Below are positions 19,411 through 28,870 of a stretch of DNA of 64,000 nt, piece after piece. Position numbers and translations under genes: made by a program. Under the pieces are notes generated by a model. That model ran no database searches. It worked only from the letters and a program-made list of their open reading frames with translations, and was not told the DNA's origin. This stretch comes from Dehalococcoidia bacterium (GTDB lineage: Bacteria > Chloroflexota > Dehalococcoidia > Lucifugimonadales > SHYT01). Within the stretch, counting starts at the first letter, position 1; each line of letters opens with the position of its first letter. The stretch covers positions 24,272 to 88,271 of the forward strand of contig SHYA01000006.1 in NCBI GenBank assembly GCA_009693055.1. The letters run 5' to 3'.

Positions 19411-20346
19411 TCACCGCCAGCGCACTGCCCAGCGGTGCACGACCCACTGGGCAACAATGTTCATGAGCAGCGTCAAGATGAACAGGATCAGGCCGACCGC
19501 GAAGATGGTGTAGTACTCCAAGGTACCCTGGGGCGTCTCCCCCAAGCTGACTTGCGCGATGTAGGCGGTCATCGTCTGGACGCTCTGGGTGGGGTCCAGG
19601 GTGAGCCTTGGCGTGGCGCCCGCCGCGATCGCCACCAGCATCGTTTCGCCCACGGCGCGAGAGAATCCGAGGATGAACGAAGTCACGATGCCGGAGAGCG
19701 CCGCGGGAATGACCACGCGGGTAGCGACCTCAAAGCGCGTCGCCCCCAGGGCGTATGCGGCCTCTCTCAGGGAGCGCGGCACGGCGACCATGGCGTCCTC
19801 AGAGAGCGACGCGATGGTGGGGACGACCATGATGCCCATCACCACGCCGGCGCTCAGGGCGTTGAATACCAGCAGGTCCGGCATGACCTTCTGGAGCTGG
19901 GGGGTCACAAACGTAAGGGCGAAGTAGCCGTACACCACCGTGGGGATGCCGGCAAGCAGCTCAAGGAGCGGCTTGATGAGGCGGCGCGCACGCTCCGGCG
20001 CATACTCGCTCAAGAAGCTCGCGCTCACCAGGCCAACCGGCATTGCGACCGCGATGGCGATTGCCGCCACCAGCACTGTCCCGGTGACGAGGGGCCACAC
20101 GCCAAAATGCTGGGGTTCAAAAAGAGGCGTCCATCGTGCGCTCCCCAGGAACTCTCTGAGGGAGACCTCCCGGAAGAAGCCCACGCTTTGGGCCAGCAGC
20201 GTGACGACGATGCCCACCGTGATGCCTATTGAGGCCACCGCGCACAGAAAGAGGAGGGCGTGGACGGTCCGTTCTTCCGCCTGGCGGACCTGCCGCCTGC
20301 GCTGCCGGAACTGGAGAGGCTGAATCGCCGGTAGCTCTTGAGCCAA
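19411..20346 (-). CDS. pstC: phosphate ABC transporter permease PstC
   Basis: Polytopic permease with the [13 protein letters not shown] motif. Position in the pst operon. Confidence 0.9.
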   Translation of the reverse strand: MAQELPAIQPLQFRQRRRQVRQAEERTVHALLFLCAVASIGITVGIVVTLLAQSVGFFREVSLREFLGSARWTPLFEPQHFGVWPLVTGTVLVAAIAIAVAMPVGLVSASFLSEYAPERARRLIKPLLELLAGIPTVVYGYFALTFVTPQLQKVMPDLLVFNALSAGVVMGIMVVPTIASLSEDAMVAVPRSLREAAYALGATRFEVATRVVIPAALSGIVTSFILGFSRAVGETMLVAIAAGATPRLTLDPTQSVQTMTAYIAQVSLGETPQGTLEYYTIFAVGLILFILTLLMNIVAQWVVHRWAVRWR

Positions 20347-20357
20347 CCTACGCCTTC

Positions 20358-21317
20358 CTACTGCAGCTTCGCGAGTTGCTCAGCGTACGCGGAGGGGCTA
20401 AGGGGCACGTAGCCAACCTCCGTCACCAGCTCGTCGGCGTGCTCCAGATAGAACTTGACGAACTCCTTGACCGCGATACGTTGAATGCTCTTCGCGTTGA
20501 CGTAGATAAACAGCGGCCTGGCCAGAGGGTAGGCGCCGCTTTCAATCGTCTCCTTTGAGGGACTGGCACAGCCTGCGCCCCCGTCCACAGCGACGGCTTT
20601 CAGGATCTTGGAGTTCTCCACGTAGTACGCATAGCCAAAGTATCCGAGGCTGTTCCGGTCACCCGCAATCCCGCGGACCAGGACGTTGTCATCCTCGCTG
20701 GCGGTGTAATCGGGACGGCTGGCCTTGGCCTTGCCGTTGATGACCTCCGTGAAATAGTCAAACGTGCCGGAGTCGGTGCCGGGGCCGTAAAGGCGGATGG
20801 GTGTGTCCGGCCAATCGGGGCGGACCTGGTTCCACCGTTCGACCTGGCTGCCGGGCTCCCAGACTCGCTTGAGTTGTTCTATGGTCAGGCAGTCTGCGAA
20901 ACGGTTGACCTGGTTGACTAGGACCGCCAGGCCGTCAATCGCTACGGGCACTTCATGGTACTGGACGCCGTGTTCGCCTGCTGCCTTGGCCTCGGACTCT
21001 GTAATGGGGCGAGAGGCGTCCGCGATATCAACCTCTCCCGTCGTGAACCGCTTGAAGCCCCCGCCGGTGCCAGAGACGCCGACGTTGATCTGCACCCCCG
21101 GATGGAGCTTTTGGAACTCCTCGGCGACAGCTTCAGTAATGGGGAAGACGGTGCTGGAGCCATCCACCTCTATCGTGCCGCTAAGAGCCGACCCGGGCGT
21201 GGTTGGCTCCTCAGAGGAGCCACCGCAGGCAGCAAGGAGCAGAACGAGGAGAGCCGAGCAGGCGGCGATGGCCCTGCGCGACCTTGGAGGACATAGTCTC
21301 GTCGGCACGTCGCTCAT
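20358..21317 (-). CDS. pstS: phosphate-binding lipoprotein PstS
   Basis: Lipobox LLAACGG and PBP-like segments (GSSTVFPI..., GTGGGFK). First gene of the pst operon. Confidence 0.9.
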   Translation of the reverse strand: MSDVPTRLCPPRSRRAIAACSALLVLLLAACGGSSEEPTTPGSALSGTIEVDGSSTVFPITEAVAEEFQKLHPGVQINVGVSGTGGGFKRFTTGEVDIADASRPITESEAKAAGEHGVQYHEVPVAIDGLAVLVNQVNRFADCLTIEQLKRVWEPGSQVERWNQVRPDWPDTPIRLYGPGTDSGTFDYFTEVINGKAKASRPDYTASEDDNVLVRGIAGDRNSLGYFGYAYYVENSKILKAVAVDGGAGCASPSKETIESGAYPLARPLFIYVNAKSIQRIAVKEFVKFYLEHADELVTEVGYVPLSPSAYAEQLAKLQ

Positions 21318-21342
21318 TCCGCTCCCAGTTTAGCGGGAGTGC

Positions 21343-21380
21343 GTTAATGAGCGGTAAAGGGCGCATTAACGGTATGTTAA
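21343..21380 (-). promoter_or_regulatory. candidate Pho box: four TTAAC-like direct repeats phased at exactly 11 bp
   Basis: Plus-strand GTTAA 21343, GTAAA 21354, ATTAA 21365, GTTAA 21376. On the minus strand these read TTAAC/TTAAT/TTTAC/TTAAC, lying 26-63 nt upstream of the pstS ATG. Confidence 0.55.
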
Positions 21381-21433
21381 GTTTGGCCAATCTCGAACCG
21401 TTAGGAGAAGCTTAGCAGGCGAGCGCGGGGTTT

Positions 21434-22810
21434 TCAGGCGGCCTTGGGGATGGTGAAGGTAAAGACGCTGCCCACGCCTTCCTGGCTCTCGGCGTCAACC
21501 GTGCCGCCATGCGTCTGGACGATGTGCTTCACGATGGCGAGGCCCAGGCCTGCCCCGCTGTCCCGGCGTGAGCGGTCGGCCTTGTAGAACCGCTCAAAGA
21601 TGTGCGGAAGGTGCTCGCGGGGGATGCCGCTGCCCGTGTCCTGCACGCTGACCGCGACGGCGCTCCCTCGCTCTTCCGCGTGAACGGTCACCACGCCGTG
21701 CGGGCTGGTGAACTTCAAGGCGTTGTCCAGCAGGTTCACGAGCACCTGGCGGAGCTTCTCCTCCTCCGCCGCTAAGAACGGGAGGCCGTCCGACAAGGCT
21801 ACCACCAGGGTTATCGCCTTGGCGGTGCTGAGCGCTTGGAACTGGGCCACGACGTCTTCCACGAGCGCCCGGAGGTTGACAGGCCGGAGCTGCAACGCCA
21901 CTCTGCCGCTTTCCAGGCGGGAGAGCTCCAGCAGCTCGTTCACCATGAGGCCCATCCTGTCCGCCTCACGCAGGATGCGGTTAATGAAGTCTCGAGCGGT
22001 CTTCTGCTCCTCGAGGGCGCCCGCCTGCAACGTCTCCGCCATGGCCTTGACGGCCGCGATTGGCGTACGGAGCTCGTGGGACACGTTGCTGACGAACTCC
22101 CTTCGGGTCGTCTCCAGCTTGCGGAGCTCGGTGAGGTCGTGGAGGGTGAGGAGGACGCCGGTGCCGACGCGCTCGGGAACGGGCGTCGCCGTGGCGCCAA
22201 GCTCACGGTTCGGGTGCAGAAGCCCGACCTGGCCGCGTTGGGAAAGCCCCGTCTGGCGGCACTGGGAGACCAGCCGCTGGAGGTCGTGGTCGCGGACGCG
22301 CTCGATAAAGTTCGCACCCACGGTATTCTGCGAAGGTAGCCCGAGCAGTAGCTCTGCGGCCGGATTGAAAAGCTCTACCCGGCCTTCGCTGTCCAGAACG
22401 ACCACGCCATCGGCCATCGTTGCCAGGACAGCGGAGAGCTTGTTGCGCTCGCCGGTGAGGGCCTGAATGCTGCCCCTCAGCGTCGCGGCCATCGTGTTGA
22501 AGGCTTGGGCAAGCTCCTGCGTCTCGCTTTCGGAAAGCGCCTCCACGCGGTAATCAAGGTCGCCGGCGGCAAGTCGCTCCACGCCCTGGGTGAGGCTGTG
22601 GAGTGAGCGGGTGGCGCGGCGGCTCACGAAAAGCGTGACGAGGGCGATAGCTACCACAGTCCCGCTCCCGGCTCCCGCCACCGTCCACACGGCCTCATGG
22701 TCCGCCGCTCCCGCGCCGGAGAGGTGGGCTGAAACGACCGTCGTGGCGATGGCCACGATAAGGATGGAGGCCATTGCGATGCGCCAGGGGGACGACCGGA
22801 GCAGCCTCAT
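21434..22810 (-). CDS. sensor histidine kinase, PhoR-like (TM-HAMP-PAS-HisKA-HATPase)
   Basis: H-box FVSNVSHELRTP, N box LVNLLDNALKF, G boxes DTGSGIP / GAGLGLAIV. The ATG at 22810 overlaps the regulator stop (ATGA); the track ORF extends to 22894. Confidence 0.85.
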   Translation of the reverse strand: MRLLRSSPWRIAMASILIVAIATTVVSAHLSGAGAADHEAVWTVAGAGSGTVVAIALVTLFVSRRATRSLHSLTQGVERLAAGDLDYRVEALSESETQELAQAFNTMAATLRGSIQALTGERNKLSAVLATMADGVVVLDSEGRVELFNPAAELLLGLPSQNTVGANFIERVRDHDLQRLVSQCRQTGLSQRGQVGLLHPNRELGATATPVPERVGTGVLLTLHDLTELRKLETTRREFVSNVSHELRTPIAAVKAMAETLQAGALEEQKTARDFINRILREADRMGLMVNELLELSRLESGRVALQLRPVNLRALVEDVVAQFQALSTAKAITLVVALSDGLPFLAAEEEKLRQVLVNLLDNALKFTSPHGVVTVHAEERGSAVAVSVQDTGSGIPREHLPHIFERFYKADRSRRDSGAGLGLAIVKHIVQTHGGTVDAESQEGVGSVFTFTIPKAA

Positions 22811-23508
22811 CCTAGAAACCGGTATCCCACGCCGCGGATGGTGATAATACGCTTGGGGGCGCTCGGCGTGGCCTCGACCTTCTCGCGGAGCCACCTGATG
22901 TGCACGTCCACCGTGCGGGTATCCCCTATGTAGTCGTGTCCCCAGATACGTTCAAGGACGGCGTCTCTGGTCATCGCCCGCCCTTTGTTGGAGACGAGGA
23001 GCGCGAGCAGGTCAAACTCGCGGGGCTTGAGGACGACGGGCGCCCCCCGGAGGTTGACCGTATGGGCGGAGAGGTCTATCTCCAGGTCGCCTGCGCGGAG
23101 CACTTCGTGCGGAGCCTCCGGTGAAGCGCCGGACTTGACCAGGCGGGGGCGCCGGAGGAGGGCGCGTACCCTGGCCAGCAGCTCGCGCATGCTGAACGGC
23201 TTGGTGACGTAGTCGTCGGCGCCCAGCTCCAAGCCCACGACCCGGTCAACCTCTTCGCCTTTTGCGGTGAGCATGAGGATAGGGACGTCGGTTTCACGCC
23301 GGAGGATGCGGCACATATCAAAGCCGTTCAGGCCGGGTAACATAACGTCCAGGATCACGACGTTAGGGGCATTTTCGCGGATAAGCTCGAGCCCCTTGGC
23401 GCCGTCGATCGCGGTGCAGACGCGGTAGCCGTCGCGCTCCAGGTTGTACTGGAGCGCCGCAAGCAGATTTTCCTCGTCCTCCACCACCACGACGGTTTGT
23501 TCTGCCAC
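22807..23508 (-). CDS. OmpR/PhoB-family response regulator (PhoP/PhoB-like)
   Basis: Receiver domain (VVVVEDEENL...ILDVMLPGLNG...LTAKG) plus a winged-helix C-terminus (IRWLREKV...TIRGVGYRF). GTG at 23508 with a GGAG SD; alternative GTG at 23547. Confidence 0.85.
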   Translation of the reverse strand: MAEQTVVVVEDEENLLAALQYNLERDGYRVCTAIDGAKGLELIRENAPNVVILDVMLPGLNGFDMCRILRRETDVPILMLTAKGEEVDRVVGLELGADDYVTKPFSMRELLARVRALLRRPRLVKSGASPEAPHEVLRAGDLEIDLSAHTVNLRGAPVVLKPREFDLLALLVSNKGRAMTRDAVLERIWGHDYIGDTRTVDVHIRWLREKVEATPSAPKRIITIRGVGYRFLG

Positions 23509-23762
23509 GAAGGCTCCTTCTGCCGCTTCACTCGTATTGTAGGCCACGGGGGCGGAAACGTGAAATTGTGTTCACGAAGGGTTAAGACGGGGCAGGGATG
23601 GCCGTTGCTGGGCCTGGCTGCGTAGTGGTCCCAGAGGCAGGAATCGGCTGAGCCGGAAGGGGGCCATTGACAACGGCTTTCGGACGTACCTAGGATGGGG
23701 GTGTCCAAACGCGGCAACTTCAGTGCGGCACATACTTTGGCAACGTAGAGCGGGGCGTTCCA

Positions 23763-24179
23763 ATGCCAGAGCGATACAAGCAAGAAATAGAAGACATCCT
23801 GGCGCAAAACACCAACAAGCCGGACGACGGGCCGAAGGCGGGTGGCCGCCGGAAGGCGCCTTTGCTCGGCCCGAGGGCGCGCAGGGTACGCTCGCCGGGC
23901 AAGGTGCTGGTGGCAAGCCTGGTGCTCTTGCTCGTGGGCTTGTTGGTGCGCGGCATTGCTCCGGGGCCCATGACGGTGCTCTTCTGGATGGGACTGGCGC
24001 TGTTTATCGCCGCGTACGCCATGTTCTTCGTTCGGTGGGGGCGCGGTGGCGAGCAGCAGTACTGGCGTGGTAGCAAGGTGCAAGACGAACACTGGCGTGG
24101 CCGTCGGGTGCAAGACGTCCGAGGCAAAGGTCAAGGCCAAGGGTGGGTTGCCCACCTTCGGCGTCGTTTCCGCCACTAG
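23763..24179 (+). CDS. hypothetical membrane protein (two TM segments, basic repeat-containing tail)
   Basis: ATG ORF preceded by TTGACA - 18 nt - TAGGAT (23685-23714). Two hydrophobic helices. The C-terminus carries a tandem W-R-G-x-x-V-Q-D repeat encoded by a 30-bp duplication. Confidence 0.5.
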   Translation: MPERYKQEIEDILAQNTNKPDDGPKAGGRRKAPLLGPRARRVRSPGKVLVASLVLLLVGLLVRGIAPGPMTVLFWMGLALFIAAYAMFFVRWGRGGEQQYWRGSKVQDEHWRGRRVQDVRGKGQGQGWVAHLRRRFRH

Positions 24180-24308
24180 TCACGCCGCTTCCCCAGCAGC
24201 ATGCGCCCGATCGCGAAAGCGGCCGGGCGTTTTTGTTGGCAGGAGACAAGGAGAGCCTGGTGAGGAGAACGCTCCTCCACCAGGCTCTCAACGGGCGGTG
24301 TGTTGCGG

Positions 24309-25493
24309 CTAGCCGGCGGTATAGGCCTTGCGCAGCACCTCGGCCACCTCGGGGCGGCTCATCTCAGGGGGCAGCTTCTCCCCCTTGCTCAGCAGGTCTC
24401 GAACCTGGGTGCCGCTTAGGGAGAGCCGCTTGCTCGCGTCGTGCGGGCACGTCTTTTCCGTGGCCATGCCGGCGCACGCCGTGCAGTAGAAGGAGTTGTC
24501 GAAGAACAACGGTTGGATGCCCAGCTCCTGCGAGGTGAACTCTTGGAAGATGTGCTGGGCGTCGTAGGTGCCGTAGTAGCGGCCCACGCCGGCGTGGTCC
24601 CGCCCCACGATGAAGTGGGTGCAGCCGTAGTTCTTGCGCGCCATGGCGTGGAACACCGCCTCCCGAGGCCCGGCGTAGCGCATGAAGGCCGGGTAGATGG
24701 CGAGCGTGACCCGGCTGGCGGGGTAATACTTCTCCAGCAGCACCTGGTAGCACTCCATCCGGATGCTGCCGGGGATGTCATCGCCCTTGGTATCGCCAAC
24801 TAGGGGGTGGAGGAGCAGCCCGTCCACGATCTCCATGGCGCACTTCTGGATGTACTCGTGCGCCCGGTGGACGGGGTTGCGCGTCTGGAATCCCACGACG
24901 GTGCGCCACCCCTTCTGCTGGAAGAGTTGGCGGGACTGCGCGGGGGACATGAAGAACGCCTCGTAACCCTGGGGAGGGGCCAGCGGCCCCAGCAGAGAGA
25001 TTTTGCCTCCGAGCAGCAGGTCGCCCTGCGCGTACAGGTTCGCGACGCCCGCGTGCTTCTCCTCCTCGGTGCGATAGACGAGCCGGGCCTCTGCACGTTT
25101 GTCATACTCATAGACCTCTTGAAGGTCCAGAGCGCCCACCAGGGCCCCCTGCGGGTCTTTGAGGGCTACCCGACCGCTGGCCCGGAACGCGCTCCTTTTC
25201 TCCGTGGGGATGGAGAGCGTTACCGGCACCGACCACACGGCGCCCGACGCGAGGCGCATGTCTTTCACGACGGACTTGTAGTCCGCGGAGCCGAGGAAGC
25301 CTTCCAGGGGGCTGAACGCTCCCTGGGCGATGAGCTGCGCATCCGAGAGCTCTCTGGCGCTGAGCGTCAAGGAGGGCAGGCCGGGCGCTTCAGCACGGAG
25401 GGCGGCGGCGGCCTGTCCCTCTAAGAGCCGTTGGACCAGCTTGCCGCCGTGAGGAGCACTGAGGGACGGTGTTGCTGAGGCCTTAACGACCAT
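24309..25493 (-). CDS. sat: sulfate adenylyltransferase (ATP sulfurylase)
   Basis: [11 protein letters not shown] and GRDHAG motifs of homo-oligomeric ATP sulfurylase. Overlaps the cysC stop. Confidence 0.9.
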   Translation of the reverse strand: MVVKASATPSLSAPHGGKLVQRLLEGQAAAALRAEAPGLPSLTLSARELSDAQLIAQGAFSPLEGFLGSADYKSVVKDMRLASGAVWSVPVTLSIPTEKRSAFRASGRVALKDPQGALVGALDLQEVYEYDKRAEARLVYRTEEEKHAGVANLYAQGDLLLGGKISLLGPLAPPQGYEAFFMSPAQSRQLFQQKGWRTVVGFQTRNPVHRAHEYIQKCAMEIVDGLLLHPLVGDTKGDDIPGSIRMECYQVLLEKYYPASRVTLAIYPAFMRYAGPREAVFHAMARKNYGCTHFIVGRDHAGVGRYYGTYDAQHIFQEFTSQELGIQPLFFDNSFYCTACAGMATEKTCPHDASKRLSLSGTQVRDLLSKGEKLPPEMSRPEVAEVLRKAYTAG

Positions 25494-26055
25494 GGCTACC
25501 CGCCGGCACGTGGCTAAGGTAGCCCAGTTCCTTTAGCTTGCTGAGGACCTTGTTGACGCTCTCCTCTACGGTCTCCCGCGAGGAGTCCACGACGACCTCC
25601 GGGTTGTCCGGCGGCTCGTACGGGTCGGAGACGCCGGTGAAGTTCTTGATCTCGCCCGCGATGGCCTTCTTGTAGAGCCCTTTCACATCCCGCTGAATGA
25701 GGACTTCCATCGGCGCTTGGACGTACACTTCCGCGAAGTTGCCGATCTCTTTGCGCACCTCGTTGCGGATCTCTTTGTAGGGCGAGATGGCCGCGGAGAT
25801 GACCATGACGCCGTTGCGGGTCAGGAGCTGGCAGACGAAGCCGATGCGCCGGATGTTGGTGTCCCGGTCCTCCTTGCTAAAGCCCAGGCCCTTGCTCAGG
25901 TTGGTGCGGACCACGTCGCCGTCCAGCACTTCAACCTTGCGGCCCTGGGCGCGGAGGATCTTCTCAAGCTGGTTGGCGATGGTGGACTTGCCGGCCCCAG
26001 ACAGGCCGGTGAACCAGATGGTGACGCCTTGGGATTCCCGTCCGCTTGTGCTCAT
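25483..26055 (-). CDS. cysC: adenylylsulfate (APS) kinase
   Basis: [14 protein letters not shown]-loop, LDGD, and [16 protein letters not shown] are typical of CysC. ATGA overlap with cysH. Confidence 0.9.
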   Translation of the reverse strand: MSTSGRESQGVTIWFTGLSGAGKSTIANQLEKILRAQGRKVEVLDGDVVRTNLSKGLGFSKEDRDTNIRRIGFVCQLLTRNGVMVISAAISPYKEIRNEVRKEIGNFAEVYVQAPMEVLIQRDVKGLYKKAIAGEIKNFTGVSDPYEPPDNPEVVVDSSRETVEESVNKVLSKLKELGYLSHVPAGSHGR

Positions 26056-26804
26056 CGAGGTGTGTTCTGCTCCTTCTTGGCGCCCGCGGCCTCCACTTTA
26101 GCGTCGGGCACGTGAATACCGCACTCGGTCTTGTTGAAGCCGGTCCACCGGCCGGCGCGTTCGTCCTCGCCCGCCTTGACCGGGCGCGTGCAGTGGGTGC
26201 AGCCGATGCTGGGGTAGCCACGGGCGTGGAGGGCGTTGACGGGCACGTTGTTGGCCGCGATGTACTCCTTGACCTGTTTGCTGGCCCACAGGGCCATGGG
26301 GTTCAGCTTGACCACCTCGTACTTGCTGTCCCACTCCACCAGGGGCGTCGCAGCGCGCGTGGAGCCCTGGTCACGGCGCAGGCCGCTGATCCAGGCGCGG
26401 TTGCCTTCCAGGGCGCGGCCCGTCGGTTCCACCTTGCGCAGCCAGCAGCACCGGTCAGGGTCCTTGGACCAGAGCGCTTCACCAAACTCCTTTGCCTGCT
26501 GCTCCGGCGTCCAGCGCGACTTGTACCCGACGGGGTTGATGCCGTAGCGGTGCTTGACGGTCTCGATAAGCTCGTGCGTTTCCGAGAAGAGGAAGTCGGT
26601 GTCGGTATAGAAGACGCGCACGCCGGGGTTGACCTTCGCCGCCATGTCCAGCATGGCCATCCCGGTGATGCCGCCGAAGCTGCACGCCATGACGACCTTG
26701 TCGCCGAACTCCTGGAAGCCCCAGGCAAGTACCTCCTGGGGGTCTTTGCCCTCCAGTTGGCGCTGCCACTCGGGGACTTGTGTTTCGTCTTGCGCTGTGG
26801 CCAC
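26052..26804 (-). CDS. cysH: (phospho)adenosine phosphosulfate reductase, Fe-S (APS-reductase) type
   Basis: PAPS_reduct fold with the C-terminal ECGIH motif, plus Cys pairs CC (DRCCWLRK) and CxxC (GCTHCT) that mark the 4Fe-4S APS-reductase subgroup. GTG at 26804 with a GGAGG SD; alternative GTG at 26834. Confidence 0.85.
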   Translation of the reverse strand: MATAQDETQVPEWQRQLEGKDPQEVLAWGFQEFGDKVVMACSFGGITGMAMLDMAAKVNPGVRVFYTDTDFLFSETHELIETVKHRYGINPVGYKSRWTPEQQAKEFGEALWSKDPDRCCWLRKVEPTGRALEGNRAWISGLRRDQGSTRAATPLVEWDSKYEVVKLNPMALWASKQVKEYIAANNVPVNALHARGYPSIGCTHCTRPVKAGEDERAGRWTGFNKTECGIHVPDAKVEAAGAKKEQNTPR

Positions 26805-26821
26805 AGGGCCTCCTTGGCGGA

Positions 26822-28624
26822 CTAGATTGCGCACTCGCCCTCACCGCGCTGTACCTTATACAGCACGGAGCGGCCGTAGTCGATGTACAGGTCAATCGTC
26901 TGGCGGTTGATCTTGGGTACGTCCGCGAGAGGCGCGAGGAGCTGGTCCACATGCTCCGCGCCGACGCGGTCAACCCAGTCGTTGAAGGGCTCGTTGTCGC
27001 GACGCTCCTTGACGTAGCGCTCCGTGATGGTGCTGATAGCCTGGGGCACTCGTTTGGACGGTACCCTGGTCTTGAGGCGATAGCCGACGCGGATGGGTGG
27101 GACAAGGCTTCCGGCCACGTACACCTCGTACGCGGGGATCTGGCCGCTTTCGTTGCGCATGGCGGCGCCTTGGAAACCGAGGTTTCCAAGGTGGTGCTGC
27201 CCGCAGCCGTCAGGGCACCCCGAGATGTTGATGCGCATCGCCCTCACCAGCGGGTCCGTGACCTTCAGCCCCTTCACGTAGTCGGTCAGGTAAGCGCCCA
27301 TAAGCGTGGAGGCGGTTATGCCCAGGGAGCAGCTCTCGGTGCCAGGGCAGGAGACCACGTCCACCAGTCCGTTGGCCCCCGACTCCGCAAGGTCTAGGGC
27401 CTTAAGGGCCTGGTAGAGCCCGTACTGGTGCTCGTTGCGCACCCAGCGGACGGCCAGGTTCTGGCGCTGGGTGATGCGCAGCGACGGCCCTTCGCCAACA
27501 AAGTCGCGGGCGATCTTCGCGAGGCCGAAGAACTGGTCCCCCGTCAGGTTGCCCATGCGAATGCGGATGGTTGCCACTCCGTACCCGGGCTGTTTCTGGG
27601 GGACGACGTTCGACTGTTTCCACTCGGTAAAGGCCGCATCGTTGCCGGGGTCCGCCACGGGTGTCCTGACCGGCAGCGCAGCCGGGAAATCCGAAGCCTC
27701 GTCGTCCATGGCGCCCAGGGTGTCAAGGTCAAACGTCTTCTTCGCCCAGTCGCCCTTTAGCTCCTCCTCCACCATCTTCCGGAAGGCGTCCATGCCGATC
27801 CGGTCCACCAGGACCTTGATGCGCGCCTTCATCCGGTTCTTGCGCAGGTCTTCCTGACGGTTGTACACGCGGACCACGGCCTCGGACACGCGGAGGAAGT
27901 CTTCCACGGGGACGAACTCGTAGAGGGTGGGCGCCATGCGGGGCATGATGGAGAGGCCGCCGCCGACGACCATCTTGAACCCCTTCCGGCCGTCCCGGGT
28001 TCGCGCAACGAAGCCGATGTCGTGCATGGGCGTGATGGCGCAGTCCGACTCGCAGCCGGAGAAGGAGGGCTTGAACTTGCGCGGCATGTTCTGGGTGACC
28101 GGATGGCGCACCAGGAACCGCGCAAAGGCCGCTGCGTAGGGTGTCACGTCAAAGGGTTCGCTGGCGCAGACCCCCTGGAGCGGGCAGCCCGTGATGTTGC
28201 GGATCGTGTTGCCGCACGCCTCGCGAGACGTCAGCCCCACCTCGCCGAGGATGCGCATCGCCTCTGCGGAGTCTTCCAGCTTGAGGAAGTGGAGCTGGAC
28301 GTTTTCGCGGGTTGTCAGGTGGCCTCGGCCGGTCTCCGTGAAGTCCTTGGCGAGGCGCCCTATGGCCTCAAGTTGGGCCGGCGTGAGGCGGCCAAACGGG
28401 ATCTTGATGCGGAACATCTGCACGCCCGGCTGACGCTGCCCGTACACGCCCTGCCGCAGCCGGAAGGCGCGGTACTGGGTGGCGTCCGCCCCGTCGCTGA
28501 GGAATTGCCGGGTGCGTTTCTCAAAGTAGTCTATCTCCTCGGGCAGGTACGGGATAACCGGTACGGCCCCTTTATGGCCGTTCGCTTTATGGGCCTGCTG
28601 AGAGGGTGCTTTGGCGGCACTCAT
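26822..28624 (-). CDS. sir: assimilatory sulfite (or nitrite) reductase, ferredoxin-type siroheme/4Fe-4S hemoprotein
   Basis: Two NIR_SIR ferredoxin-like and 4Fe-4S/siroheme domains (TSREACGNTIRNITGCP..., SGCPDGCGQHH). ATG at 28624 with a GGAGG SD. The track ORF start at 28783 would read through a terminator hairpin. Confidence 0.85.
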   Translation of the reverse strand: MSAAKAPSQQAHKANGHKGAVPVIPYLPEEIDYFEKRTRQFLSDGADATQYRAFRLRQGVYGQRQPGVQMFRIKIPFGRLTPAQLEAIGRLAKDFTETGRGHLTTRENVQLHFLKLEDSAEAMRILGEVGLTSREACGNTIRNITGCPLQGVCASEPFDVTPYAAAFARFLVRHPVTQNMPRKFKPSFSGCESDCAITPMHDIGFVARTRDGRKGFKMVVGGGLSIMPRMAPTLYEFVPVEDFLRVSEAVVRVYNRQEDLRKNRMKARIKVLVDRIGMDAFRKMVEEELKGDWAKKTFDLDTLGAMDDEASDFPAALPVRTPVADPGNDAAFTEWKQSNVVPQKQPGYGVATIRIRMGNLTGDQFFGLAKIARDFVGEGPSLRITQRQNLAVRWVRNEHQYGLYQALKALDLAESGANGLVDVVSCPGTESCSLGITASTLMGAYLTDYVKGLKVTDPLVRAMRINISGCPDGCGQHHLGNLGFQGAAMRNESGQIPAYEVYVAGSLVPPIRVGYRLKTRVPSKRVPQAISTITERYVKERRDNEPFNDWVDRVGAEHVDQLLAPLADVPKINRQTIDLYIDYGRSVLYKVQRGEGECAI

Positions 28625-28755
28625 TCTGGCCTCCGGCTTCCCGTCGCAAAGGGCGCTCTCGGCGCGGCATGCGCAGCGCAAGCCCTCACGCCGTTCAGGG
28701 TGAGTGTGCTTACCAGGTGCTGGAAGGACTGCTTCATGAAATCCCCGTCTTGTGC

Positions 28756-28796
28756 AATAAAAAAGCCCCGTTCTGGCTCTCACACAGAACGGGGCC
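28756..28796 (-). terminator. intrinsic terminator inside the sir leader (attenuator candidate)
   Basis: Minus strand: GCCCCGTTCTG - tgtgagagc - CAGAACGGGGC followed by TTTTTT. It lies about 135 nt upstream of the sir ATG and 25 nt downstream of the leader ORF stop. Confidence 0.7.
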
Positions 28797-28820
28797 TAGC
28801 GCTCTCACGAGTGCTTGCCC

Positions 28821-28859
28821 CTACGTGCAGCAGCAGTTAATCCGGTACCCGTCTGACAT
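28821..28859 (-). CDS. candidate leader peptide MSDGYRINCCCT (three consecutive Cys codons)
   Basis: ATG lies 11 nt after the -10 box. 12 codons with TGC TGC TGC at codons 9-11, then a TAG stop. A terminator follows. Confidence 0.5.
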   Translation of the reverse strand: MSDGYRINCCCT

Positions 28860-28870
28860 AAGTAAGGTTT

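Noticed and set aside
23355-24176. 273-aa minus-strand ORF across the phoP promoter region
   Set aside because: It spans an intergenic promoter region and runs antisense to the promoter-equipped 138-aa membrane-protein ORF. It is low-complexity with no family resemblance.
28625-28783. N-terminal extension of the sulfite reductase ORF (track start 28783)
   Set aside because: The extension would be translated through the strong terminator hairpin and its U-tract. It has no homology-like sequence. The ATG at 28624 has a GGAGG SD, and the conserved N-terminus begins there.
28760-28865. Known riboswitch class (SAM-I/II/IV, SAH, T-box) in the sulfate-assimilation leader
   Set aside because: None of the conserved core sequences of these classes is recognisable, and the leader before the terminator is only about 100 nt. 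The short ORF with a Cys run explains the architecture better.
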